Made by a program: the position numbers and the translations under genes | Source of the DNA: Bacteroidaceae bacterium | GTDB taxonomy: Bacteria; Bacteroidota; Bacteroidia; Bacteroidales; Bacteroidaceae | Assembly (NCBI GenBank): GCA_017551925.1 | Contig: JAFZKA010000115.1 | Coordinates: 20,490 to 84,489, forward strand | Reading direction: 5' to 3' | DNA length: 64,000 nt | The notes under the pieces: generated by a model | The model's input: the letters and a program-made list of their open reading frames with translations, nothing else | Database searches by the model: none | What the model was told of the DNA's origin: nothing | Shown here: in pieces, positions 28,841-37,683 of the stretch | How positions within the stretch are numbered: position 1 is the stretch's first letter | Layout: each line of letters starts with the position of its first letter

Positions 28841-29254
28841 TTATTTTGGTTGTTCACAAAGTTCTGTCAGCACACCGCATGTGTTCTTGGGGTGCAGGAA
28901 TCCTATCATCAGGTTCTCTGCTCCCTTGCGAGGCTGAACGTCAATCAGACGAATGCCTGCAGCCTCGGCCTCCTTAAGGGCCTCAGCCACATTCTCCACA
29001 TTGAAGGCAACGTGGTGTATGCCACCCTTGCCGCCGTTCTTCTCAATGAACTTGGCAATTGTTGACTCAGGGCAGGTGGGCTCCAGGAGTTCAATCTTGG
29101 TCTGGCCAACCTTGAAGAAAGCGGTCTTTACCTTCTGGTCTGCAACTTCCTCAATGCTGTAGCACTTGCTGCCTGTCAAAAACTCAAAGAACGGCATTGT
29201 CTCCTCAAGTGAGGTAACGGCTATGCCTAAATGCTCAATGTGTGTAGGTTTCAT
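28841..29254 (-). CDS. mce: Methylmalonyl-CoA epimerase (VOC family)
   Basis: The ATG at 29254 gives MKPTHIEHLGIAVTSLEE. Also GGIHHVAF. An upstream ATG at 29323 adds 23 non-conserved residues. Confidence 0.85.
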   Translation of the reverse strand: MKPTHIEHLGIAVTSLEETMPFFEFLTGSKCYSIEEVADQKVKTAFFKVGQTKIELLEPTCPESTIAKFIEKNGGKGGIHHVAFNVENVAEALKEAEAAGIRLIDVQPRKGAENLMIGFLHPKNTCGVLTELCEQPK

Positions 29255-29366
29255 AATTGTCTTGTAATTATTGTTAGTTACTTGTTTGATTCCTAGTTTG
29301 CATAGGTTTGCAAAGATACTCATTTTACCTTATAGTAAAAAAGAAAAGAATCTTAAAAAAGGCCCG

Positions 29367-30941
29367 TTAATCAGCGAGCCTTTCCATTGTCCATTTATCG
29401 TTTACCTTGGTGGTCTTGTATGTTATACCGTCGATGAGGTAGAATGTGGTTGCTCCAGCCTCACTCTTTACATCATATATCATTTCTGTATCTTTGGTAA
29501 TGGCCTTGCCGCCAATCTTTGAATTGTCAAATGACAAATAGCTTTTGAAGTCTTCATATTCAGCACCACTTTTAAACTCGGAACAGAATGCGACTTTATC
29601 AAATTGGCACGCATCAAAGGCCGCTGTGAACGACTTGCGGTTCTCATTTTGTGATGGGAATCTTACAATAAACTCTTCATCGCCTTCCAAAGAATTAAAC
29701 GTACAGCCTTTATGCGTTGATGATAATACCTCTTTTTTGAAACAAGGTGACCAGATTACAAAATGCTTGGCATTGAAGGTACAGTTCTCACTGTTTACCG
29801 GCAGGTAAATTTCACTCCACTCATTTTGATCAACTTCAAGATCTTCATATTCGCCTGTTTCATCATTCAATATCACAGCTTTGGCAAGATCGACAGTGAC
29901 ATTGGTAAGTTTATTGAAATTAAACAAATAGATTTCCTGATGAGTCAGATTCACCTTTCCTCCCGGACTTTTATAACCTTTGTTGATAATGGTCGCATTG
30001 CCCTCACCTGTAACGTTAATCATAGGTATATTTGTGTTCCAAGGTGCATTTATGCTTGCTTTTGCGCCGTCAGCGATGATTATATCCACTTCAGTATCTG
30101 ATGGCTGGGTGGCTGACCAAACAGCAATCGTTCCATAATTTCCGTCATTGTTCTTGATGATTTTTCCTTTCTGAACGTAGTAGTAATCATCGTTTTTGGG
30201 CGAGTCTGTGACCTCGTTTTTAAATACGTTGGGATTTTTGACTCCTTCATTACAAATATTGAGATCACCTAAGAATCCAAGTACCTTACCGCCTTCCTTT
30301 ACGGCAACATTGCCATCATTCAACAGCAACCAGTTTACAGTTATACCATTTCCGATAATCAGGGCATCGGTTGCTGTTACAGATGTCAGTTCGTTGATGG
30401 TTGCAGTGCCGGTTTTTGCTTTCAGGGTAACAGTAGTGGCTGGCATATTCAGATTCAAGTCAATGTCTGACAAGCCGGAGGTGATATTCAGCTCCACCTT
30501 GTTCTGGGCAGCTACGGCAGGACCGGTAGCACCCTTGGCCTGAATTACCAGGGGAACATCTGTAGAAAGTGGATTGGTGAATTTTACAACGACTTTAGCT
30601 TTGCCGGTAGGATTATTGCTCAGATAATCACAAAGCGGAAGGCTTATTGTGTGATCGCTTTCGCTTGCCTTGAGAGATGGCGCGTCGATGGTAATCACGT
30701 AGTCTTTAGCAGCTCGCAATGAATCGCTGATATCGCTTGCAATCTGCGTCAACATATTGTCTACGTCAGAAAGTGTGTTTGCAACAATAGTAGCACCATC
30801 AACTGTCTTGATCACTTCTGGATTCTTCAATTCGTATTCGGGATCATCCAATTTGTCTTTATCGCAACAGCCTGTTACTGTTAAACCTGCAAGCATGGTT
30901 GCAACAACCACAGCCTTGCTTAGTAAATACTTTGTTGTCAT
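29367..30941 (-). CDS. Hypothetical lipoprotein (no family recognised)
   Basis: Lipobox AGLTVTGCC. AT-rich relative to the adjacent mmd operon. Confidence 0.5.
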   Translation of the reverse strand: MTTKYLLSKAVVVATMLAGLTVTGCCDKDKLDDPEYELKNPEVIKTVDGATIVANTLSDVDNMLTQIASDISDSLRAAKDYVITIDAPSLKASESDHTISLPLCDYLSNNPTGKAKVVVKFTNPLSTDVPLVIQAKGATGPAVAAQNKVELNITSGLSDIDLNLNMPATTVTLKAKTGTATINELTSVTATDALIIGNGITVNWLLLNDGNVAVKEGGKVLGFLGDLNICNEGVKNPNVFKNEVTDSPKNDDYYYVQKGKIIKNNDGNYGTIAVWSATQPSDTEVDIIIADGAKASINAPWNTNIPMINVTGEGNATIINKGYKSPGGKVNLTHQEIYLFNFNKLTNVTVDLAKAVILNDETGEYEDLEVDQNEWSEIYLPVNSENCTFNAKHFVIWSPCFKKEVLSSTHKGCTFNSLEGDEEFIVRFPSQNENRKSFTAAFDACQFDKVAFCSEFKSGAEYEDFKSYLSFDNSKIGGKAITKDTEMIYDVKSEAGATTFYLIDGITYKTTKVNDKWTMERLAD

Positions 30942-30996
30942 AGGTTTATGAAAAAATTAATCGTGAATTCTGTTTTAGAGTGCAACTTTTCAAAGC

Positions 30997-31004
30997 CAAA
31001 ATTA
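30997..31004 (-). promoter_or_regulatory. Candidate Bacteroidetes -7 box (TAATTTTG) for the lipoprotein gene
   Basis: The reverse complement of caaaatta matches TAnnTTTG, ~55 nt upstream of the ATG at 30941. No clear -33 TTTG, and the context is AT-rich so a chance match is possible. Confidence 0.3.
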
Positions 31005-31008
31005 AAAA

Positions 31009-31016
31009 TAGTTTTG
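31009..31016 (+). promoter_or_regulatory. Candidate -7 box (TAGTTTTG) upstream of structured element copy 3
   Basis: tagttttg matches TAnnTTTG, with 43 nt between the box and the start of the closing stem at 31060. Confidence 0.3.
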
Positions 31017-31059
31017 CAATAATCCGTACGAATTAGGGGCAGTTCATTTGGTGGGCAAC

Positions 31060-31254
31060 GCAGAACTGACAGTTTGGGGAGCCGAACCCTCCACGGCTAC
31101 GCCATACCTTTACGGACCCTAAACGGCGAACTCCTCCATCATAACCACCTACGGTGTCTATTCGTCGTCGGACATGCGCCGTTTTTAACGGGGTCCTCCC
31201 AAGGCCTGGCGCTATACGCCGTGTCACTGATGCTCCCCAAACTGTCAGTTCTGC
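31060..31254 (+). ncRNA. Structured GC-rich element, copy 3 (homologous to 13651..13845)
   Basis: Perfect 23-bp stem, 31060..31082 / 31232..31254. The interior shares colinear blocks with copy 1 (ccgaaccct, atacct, ctaaac, gtttttaacgg, tacgcc) at near-identical spacing. Confidence 0.4.
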
Positions 31255-31333
31255 TTCTGCAAATCGCAGGCTTTGTCTGCAGTAGAATGACACAAAGGGA
31301 CCGGTTCCCTGTGCCTACAAGCATGCTCTTGTG

Positions 31334-31726
31334 TCACTTGGTCTTGGTGTCCAAAGAACCATATTCCGGTATTGGATTTTCACATACATAATGGTTATCT
31401 GTCATATTAATCATATATTCTTTCTCTTCTTCTATTAGATTCCCAATTATAGCTATGTCCAATGCCTTTTCTATAGAACTGATTGTATCAAGTGTCAGAT
31501 TCTCGTTTCCTTTAAGAAGTAAAGACACATATTGCTGAGTACAACCCAGTTTCTCTGCAAGTTCTTTTTGGGTCATACCAAGTTCTTTCATTTTTGCTCT
31601 CATTTTGATTGCAATCTGATAGGAATACTTGAGCCAACTCCAATTGTCTCTGCGCCAAGTGGCTTCCTCCTTCCATTTGGACGGGGTGTAACTTTTATTA
31701 GCCTTTACTACTTCAATTGCTTTCAT
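31334..31726 (-). CDS. XRE-family helix-turn-helix protein (HigA-like antitoxin)
   Basis: LGMTQKELAEKLGCTQQYVSLLLKGNENLTLDTISSIEKAL. Overlaps the upstream toxin-like ORF by 14 nt. Confidence 0.8.
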   Translation of the reverse strand: MKAIEVVKANKSYTPSKWKEEATWRRDNWSWLKYSYQIAIKMRAKMKELGMTQKELAEKLGCTQQYVSLLLKGNENLTLDTISSIEKALDIAIIGNLIEEEKEYMINMTDNHYVCENPIPEYGSLDTKTK

Positions 31727-32348
31727 CCTCTTTTAAATCTTTAAGTCCTTCTATATCTACTGCACCCTGTTGTATCAGGAAATTTCTAACTTTCTCCATT
31801 TTTATCAGCTCAATCTCCGTATGTTGTCTCTCTTGCATGGTTTGAGTAAGCTTTATGGCCCCTCCAGTAATCAGATAAGATTGTGGTTCCAGTTTCAAAG
31901 CATACAAACGCAACCAAGATGAGTGTCCTGAATTGTATTTTCCTTTAGCTTTTTCTTTTCCCAGAGTCAATTCTGCCGTTCTGGAATTATTTAACGGGCG
32001 GAAAAGTTGGTCAAGGTTTGCATCTGGTGAGATATCCAAGACAAGACATTGTAAGGTGTTTGCGTCATAAATAGTGTCATAAATGGCTTTACCTATATCA
32101 GTTATATGAAAATAAGAACTGAGGTCGCCAATGTTCTTTTCAAAGAATTCTTCCAACCAATCAATATCATTCCAGTCTCTAAATGTCAGAGTAAGAATAT
32201 TGTCTGCATCACCATCATAATGTACGGCCCACAGTTTTCCGTTTCCTGTAATATCTTCAAATTTCATATTGCAAAGATGTGAACAAGTTTTGGATTGTAC
32301 AAGTCTTCGCTTGTTTTTTGACACAAAAGGGTCGTATCCCTGTGCCAT
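31713..32348 (-). CDS. RelE/HigB (gp49)-like toxin with long N-terminal extension
   Basis: The C-terminal half (SWLRLYALKLEPQSYLITGGAIKLTQTMQERQ) resembles gp49/HigB toxins. Toxin-first order with an XRE partner. An alternative ATG at 32267 (MKFEDITG..) would leave more room for the divergent promoters. Confidence 0.55.
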   Translation of the reverse strand: MAQGYDPFVSKNKRRLVQSKTCSHLCNMKFEDITGNGKLWAVHYDGDADNILTLTFRDWNDIDWLEEFFEKNIGDLSSYFHITDIGKAIYDTIYDANTLQCLVLDISPDANLDQLFRPLNNSRTAELTLGKEKAKGKYNSGHSSWLRLYALKLEPQSYLITGGAIKLTQTMQERQHTEIELIKMEKVRNFLIQQGAVDIEGLKDLKEDESN

Positions 32349-32406
32349 TTTTTCTTTTTTCTATATATTTGAACTGACTTTACTCCAACCACTTTCTATT
32401 GGGATT

Positions 32407-33918
32407 ATGAGACATATAGGACTACATATTGTTTTAATGACGCTTTCTGTTTTGTTTTTCAGTTGTCAGAAAGAAGAGAATGAAATAGTTAGGGTTGAAG
32501 TTGAAGCAGTTTCGCTTGGCCGGCAAGAATTGACACTATACATTGGGGATACATGCGTTTTGACTGCTAATGTTGTTCCCGTTAACGCAACAGATAAGAC
32601 TATAAAATGGCAATCAGACAGACCTGATATTGCAACAGTCAATAATGGTCTTGTCAGAGCTGTTAAGACAGGCAATGCTATTATTACAGCATCAGCCGGC
32701 GGCATTCAGTCGCAGTGCAGAGTGACGGTTTTAAAGTCATCGGCTTTCTTGTTCGGAACGATGTCAACTGATGCTTCAATTATTAATGGAGCGGGTGGTG
32801 CTACATCCATTTCAGTTACTGCTGACAGCGCATGGGCTTTGGTGACAAATGAAAACTGGTTAACGGTGTCACCTTCATCGGGTCAGGCTGGAACACATGT
32901 TATAACAATCACAACATCAAGGAATTCAACGGGTAAAGATAGGAACGGAGTTATAGCGTTAACTCCCGGCAGCCAATCACAAAAATTGGCTGTATGCCAA
33001 AGACCTAACATATATGAAAGGAGGCAAGTGGTTTCAGGTAACGTTTCAAATGCAGTTAAATTGACCTATTCAGGAACTGAATGGAATTATATTTATTCAA
33101 TACTGCCTTATCCTAAATCAAATTTATATCAGGATATAAAATCAGTAAACATAAATGGTGCTACTATATATGACTGCCCAGACAGTGTAAACAGTTATAT
33201 TGTAACATACCTGACCGGTGATGATATTCCTATGTCAGGTAATAATACTATCGTGGAAAATATTTCCACTGTTGCATATGAAGTTACTGCACACTTGAAT
33301 CTTATCAACAACATACCTCCTTATGACCAAAATTCAGTAGAATGTAAAAAATATTTGGGTAAAGAGGATGGGGATTTAGTCGATCCAACAAATTCATCTA
33401 TCGTATCGGTAGCAAACAATTTATGGAATGATTCAAACGGGAATCTGATAGATTATGCTCGTCGTTGTTATGAATGGACAGCTAAAAATATGTCATATGG
33501 TAATATGTACACCGGTCTACATACAATAACTGAATTAATGCGAACCAAGAGGGGGGATTGTGGTAACTTCAGTTCCGTGTTCATTTCACTGCTTAGGTCA
33601 AAAGGAATTCCCGCAAGACATATTGTAATGATTTCGCCGCAAGAAAGCGGCTATCATGTCAGGGCAGAATTCTATATACCTGCCTATGGTTGGATTCCAG
33701 CTGACCCCACGTTTAAGAACAGCAATCCCAGTGGTGATTTCTTTGGTAAATTCACTGGAAAATATATTGTCATGTCATTGGGCATTAATTCTATTATCAA
33801 GGATCCATACGGTAATGATTACATAGTTCCATTATTGCAGAATTATTATTATTGGTATTGGTGGCATAATGAAGGCAGTTATATGAATTTTGAACATATT
33901 TTCTCTAAGTTCAATTGA
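32407..33918 (+). CDS. Lipoprotein with Big_2, BACON-like and C-terminal transglutaminase-like domains
   Basis: The ATG at 32407 gives MRHIGLHIVLMTLSVLFFSCQ (lipobox). Big_2: LTANVVPVNATDKTIKWQSDRPDIATVNNGLVRAVKTGNAIITA. TGase core: RGDCGNFSSVFISLLRSKGIPARHI..YHVRAEFYIPAYGWIPADPT. Confidence 0.8.
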   Translation: MRHIGLHIVLMTLSVLFFSCQKEENEIVRVEVEAVSLGRQELTLYIGDTCVLTANVVPVNATDKTIKWQSDRPDIATVNNGLVRAVKTGNAIITASAGGIQSQCRVTVLKSSAFLFGTMSTDASIINGAGGATSISVTADSAWALVTNENWLTVSPSSGQAGTHVITITTSRNSTGKDRNGVIALTPGSQSQKLAVCQRPNIYERRQVVSGNVSNAVKLTYSGTEWNYIYSILPYPKSNLYQDIKSVNINGATIYDCPDSVNSYIVTYLTGDDIPMSGNNTIVENISTVAYEVTAHLNLINNIPPYDQNSVECKKYLGKEDGDLVDPTNSSIVSVANNLWNDSNGNLIDYARRCYEWTAKNMSYGNMYTGLHTITELMRTKRGDCGNFSSVFISLLRSKGIPARHIVMISPQESGYHVRAEFYIPAYGWIPADPTFKNSNPSGDFFGKFTGKYIVMSLGINSIIKDPYGNDYIVPLLQNYYYWYWWHNEGSYMNFEHIFSKFN

Positions 33919-34105
33919 TATTTGCATCCATTGTTAATATAATACTTTCGTTAAACTTTGATACTAATACTCACACCCTATCGTACTAAGTTCACTGCAG
34001 TTGGATAACTATTCAAAATCTTTATAACTTTGTCAAAGAACTGTAATCAAAGGATATATGAAGAAGTTGGAAAATATCGTTCTCTTAAATAGAATAGAAT
34101 TTGAT

Positions 34106-34495
34106 ATGAAAAGGATTATTTTTATAATGTTCTGCGTGGTGTCACCGTTATTAAGTTGCGACAAAAATTCTAATGAAACAGCAGAATACTATGTCAAGTA
34201 TGAGATGAGCGCAACAACACGATATGCAAGAGAAGAAAGAACCATTTTGGTTAATATGGAAAATGGGGTTAAGAAATATGACACCGACTTAAATCCATTC
34301 TCTGAGACTTTTGGACCGTTTCCTAAAGGTTTTAATGCAAATATATCGATTAATTATAAGAGTGGTGAAAGTGCAGGTTCCACAACTACTATTTTAAAGA
34401 TATATGTTGCTAGGGGTCAAGAACCTTTTTCTTTAAAAGCAGAAACAATAAGCAGTTCCAAAACCGTGTCAGTTTCTTATATAATTGATTATTGA
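34106..34495 (+). CDS. Small hypothetical lipoprotein
   Basis: MKRIIFIMFCVVSPLLSCDK lipobox at the internal ATG 34106. A longer ORF starts at ATG 34058. Confidence 0.5.
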   Translation: MKRIIFIMFCVVSPLLSCDKNSNETAEYYVKYEMSATTRYAREERTILVNMENGVKKYDTDLNPFSETFGPFPKGFNANISINYKSGESAGSTTTILKIYVARGQEPFSLKAETISSSKTVSVSYIIDY

Positions 34496-34886
34496 TATAC
34501 TATGACGCCAATCCTATCTTTTACGTAAACAGAGCTTTGAACATTGCGTCAGTTAGCATCACCGGAGAAGTGGGCACAGTGTCGTTTTTTTTCTGCAGAA
34601 TTGATAGCCTTTTCTGCAAACATACGAGGTTAAACAATAACTCGCAGAACCGAAATAGTTTTGGTACTGTTTCGACCGCTACGATGGTACCGATTGACCG
34701 ATACTATCAGATCAGCAATAATAGATTTAAAAACCTTTATTATTCCAAGTTTTCCATTAACTCTAATACATTTATACATCATTGAACACACCAATATCCG
34801 GACAAAGAAGAGTAGATTAAAGTTTAATAGACACCAACAGGGTTCAACTTTTACACCTTATTCATAATAACATTTACTTTTTTACT

Positions 34887-34894
34887 TATTTTTG
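34887..34894 (+). promoter_or_regulatory. Candidate -7 box (TATTTTTG) for the caspase operon
   Basis: Matches TAnnTTTG ~105 nt upstream of ATG 35001. No convincing -33 element. Confidence 0.25.
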
Positions 34895-35000
34895 CATTTG
34901 ATCTAGCGTGATTTCTAACCAGCATTGTTTTTTCAGTGTCATGATAGAAACAGTGGGTCTTGTTCCTATATTCTATTGTCAACAGAAGAAAGTGGTCGAT

Positions 35001-36824
35001 ATGAAAAAAGGATTAACCTTCTTTTTACTAGCCGGGTTGCTATTGTCCTTAGCCGCGAAAGTCGCCGCACAATCAGCAGTAACCAATGTCATTACATTCA
35101 GCTTGGAAGACGTTAGTGATTTATTCATGCCTCCTGAACTGTATGTTGACGTTGATTTTATTGATGATAATGAGAATCGTATTCTGGAAGCTCGTGAAAA
35201 AGGCATTATAAGGCTTGTCCTATCTAATCGTGGTGGTGATGCAGATTACGTTACTGCTTCCATAACACCTGGATCCAAATATCGTGGATTAAATATAGAA
35301 AAGACACAAGTGGTTACAAGCATTAAGGGTGATGAAGAAACCACAATTGATTTTCCTATTTCTGCGTCTATAGATATTCCTACAGACACATTGCTTTTTA
35401 CTATCAAGGTATCAGAGCCAATGGGCTTTGATATAGTCGCATCAATGGTTCTATCCACTTTTGAGTATCAAAAATCTAAAATTGAAATGCAGGGTGTTTC
35501 AATAGTAGATGCTGGTAGAGGATTGAGAGCAAAGAATAACAATCCTGATGGTATGGTCCAGAAAAGTGAGGTAGTTAGAGCATATGTTTCCCTACAAAAC
35601 ACAGGTAGTGGTATTGCCAATGACGTACAGTATACAATTACTTCAAAAGACCAGAATGTCATACTCATGAATGAAAGCGGCAATGTCCCGTCAATTAATG
35701 GAACAATTGACCATATGTTGTCTGGTGAGACTCAAGAAGTGTCTTTCCGCATGAGTGTAAACAATAATTATAAGGCATCATCAGAGTTCCTTCCTGTTTT
35801 TATAACGGTTAAGGAAAAAGAGGACTTCGGCAATCTTGCTTCTACAGTTATCCCGATTCCTCTTGATAAGACTCCGGCAGAACCCAAAATAGTGGACATC
35901 AAGGGCGAGAAAGAAAAACTGCTCGCTTCACTTCAGATGACAAAAGTTTCTTCCGATGACGGGCGTGTTTCATTCAATAAAAACATCCGTGATATTAGTA
36001 TTGCGCCTTCAGGCGAACCAATATACAAAGATGCTGTAGCCATAGTAATTGGTGCCGAAAAGAACTCATATGGAGTTGCACCTGCGCCATATGCTGCAAG
36101 GGATGCAAAAGTGATGGCCAACTATTTTAAGAACGCACTTGGCATAAGTGATGAAAACATTAAACTTAGGACTGATAATGAGGTTACCAAAAATGAATTA
36201 AGTGATTTGCTTGATTCTCGCTATGGATATTTGTCAAGAGTCGTTGAGCCGGGTAAAACTGATGTATTTGTATACTATTCCGGTCATGGAATCCCTGATG
36301 TCGCTAGTGATGGTAGCCAAGACATATATCTTTTCCCATATGATGCCAGAAAGGAATTGGTCAAAGACCGTGGCTATAGTTTGAATAAGCTGTATGCCGA
36401 TTTGAATTCTCTGAATGCACGTTCTGTTACCGTCATTCTTGATGCTTGCTTCAGTGGGTCATCAAGGCAAACAGTCACATATGAATCTGAGAATATCAGC
36501 AATGAAAAAGGCATTCGTATTTCAATGCCGCAAATGACAAATAGGCCTTGGGATACGAATCCTAATTTCAGAGTATTCACTTCATCTACTGAGGATCAAA
36601 CATCCTTGGGTTATGATCAATCACAATCCGGACTGTTTACTTATTTCTTGGCAACAGGTTTACAGGGTGACGCAGATAAAGATGGAGACGGAACAATACG
36701 ATTCAATGAACTTGTTGATTTTGTTACAACAAATGTTTCTAATGAATCACAGAAGATTCGTGGTGGTGCTCAAAGTCCCCAATTCTATGGAGACGGTAAC
36801 TTTATAATTGAAAAGATCAAATGA
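35001..36824 (+). CDS. Exported caspase-family (peptidase C14) protein with N-terminal Ig/CARDB-like domains
   Basis: The ATG at 35001 gives signal peptide MKKGLTFFLLAGLLLSLAAKVAAQS. Catalytic His in VFVYYSGHGIP and Cys in VILDACFSGSS, with typical spacing. Confidence 0.85.
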   Translation: MKKGLTFFLLAGLLLSLAAKVAAQSAVTNVITFSLEDVSDLFMPPELYVDVDFIDDNENRILEAREKGIIRLVLSNRGGDADYVTASITPGSKYRGLNIEKTQVVTSIKGDEETTIDFPISASIDIPTDTLLFTIKVSEPMGFDIVASMVLSTFEYQKSKIEMQGVSIVDAGRGLRAKNNNPDGMVQKSEVVRAYVSLQNTGSGIANDVQYTITSKDQNVILMNESGNVPSINGTIDHMLSGETQEVSFRMSVNNNYKASSEFLPVFITVKEKEDFGNLASTVIPIPLDKTPAEPKIVDIKGEKEKLLASLQMTKVSSDDGRVSFNKNIRDISIAPSGEPIYKDAVAIVIGAEKNSYGVAPAPYAARDAKVMANYFKNALGISDENIKLRTDNEVTKNELSDLLDSRYGYLSRVVEPGKTDVFVYYSGHGIPDVASDGSQDIYLFPYDARKELVKDRGYSLNKLYADLNSLNARSVTVILDACFSGSSRQTVTYESENISNEKGIRISMPQMTNRPWDTNPNFRVFTSSTEDQTSLGYDQSQSGLFTYFLATGLQGDADKDGDGTIRFNELVDFVTTNVSNESQKIRGGAQSPQFYGDGNFIIEKIK

Positions 36825-37672
36825 GGATACGTATATTACTTTTAGCTGTGTGTTTGGGGTCAACAATTCAATTGTCGTCACAAACATCAGAGCATGTTAA
36901 GGCTCCATATCCGGATGAGGTAACTATTGGAGCTGCGACAGTTGCTCGTGATGGACGTACTTTAATTGTTGATTACTCAATTAGATTGGGCGCAAATGTA
37001 CGTTGGTGTAAGGTGGATCTTTACCAGAGTACTGATGGGGGTAAGACTTTTACAAACATATCATCATCAAAAGGACTATCAGGTGACTTAGGGAAAATAT
37101 CTGAAAGTGGTTCCAAAGAAATCAGATATGATATCTCTGGCGTAAAAGAACAACTTTCTGGTAAAAGGCTTGTTTATAAAGTTGAAGTCAAGAATAAAGA
37201 TATTGTCAAAAGAGAGTTATTGTTGTCCGGTGTCGCTTCTTTGTATCCCAATATGTCTTACGGAGTAATGATCGGCACAGTAAAGAAGGCCGGCTTTTAT
37301 CTTAAGGCCAGGAGTGATTTCAATTTCATCTCATCTTCATATAGTTGTAATAGTGATGGCGATTTGGAAACAGGTGGAAAAATCTGGACTACAGGTGTAG
37401 AATCAAGAAGTCGCATGGTTGTTACAGGTGGTATGCTTTTCCATGTACGCAACTGGTTTTACCCATATATAGGTGCCGGTTATGGATCCAAGCAATTATA
37501 CATACAAGATACTCAGAATAATTGGGCGACAGTTTCTGATCTATCATATCAAGGAGTTTCACTCGATGCTGGTTTTCTGTTCAAGTTTAACAAAATAGTT
37601 TTGTCAGCAGCAGTTTGCAACACCGCCTTCAAATACACTGAAGCAGAAATTGGAATTGGTCTTATGTTTTAA
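36821..37672 (+). CDS. Outer-membrane beta-barrel protein with N-terminal Ig-like domain (hypothetical)
   Basis: ATGA overlap with the caspase gene and a signal peptide. The C-terminal half has alternating amphipathic strands and ends ..EAEIGIGLMF (terminal Phe). Confidence 0.5.
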   Translation: MRIRILLLAVCLGSTIQLSSQTSEHVKAPYPDEVTIGAATVARDGRTLIVDYSIRLGANVRWCKVDLYQSTDGGKTFTNISSSKGLSGDLGKISESGSKEIRYDISGVKEQLSGKRLVYKVEVKNKDIVKRELLLSGVASLYPNMSYGVMIGTVKKAGFYLKARSDFNFISSSYSCNSDGDLETGGKIWTTGVESRSRMVVTGGMLFHVRNWFYPYIGAGYGSKQLYIQDTQNNWATVSDLSYQGVSLDAGFLFKFNKIVLSAAVCNTAFKYTEAEIGIGLMF

Positions 37673-37683
37673 AAACAAGAACA

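Noticed and set aside
31246-31269. Possible island att-type direct repeats: cagttct and gcaaatcgcag at 31246..31269, versus gcaatcgcagttct at 56544..56557.
   Set aside because: The matches are only 7-11 nt, imperfect, and in a different order on the two sides. There is no integrase. A chance match cannot be excluded by eye.
32269-32406. The N-terminal 46 residues of the 549-aa ORF-track entry for the TGase lipoprotein.
   Set aside because: This part overlaps the divergent toxin gene. The internal ATG at 32407 yields a canonical lipoprotein signal peptide (..LFFSC).
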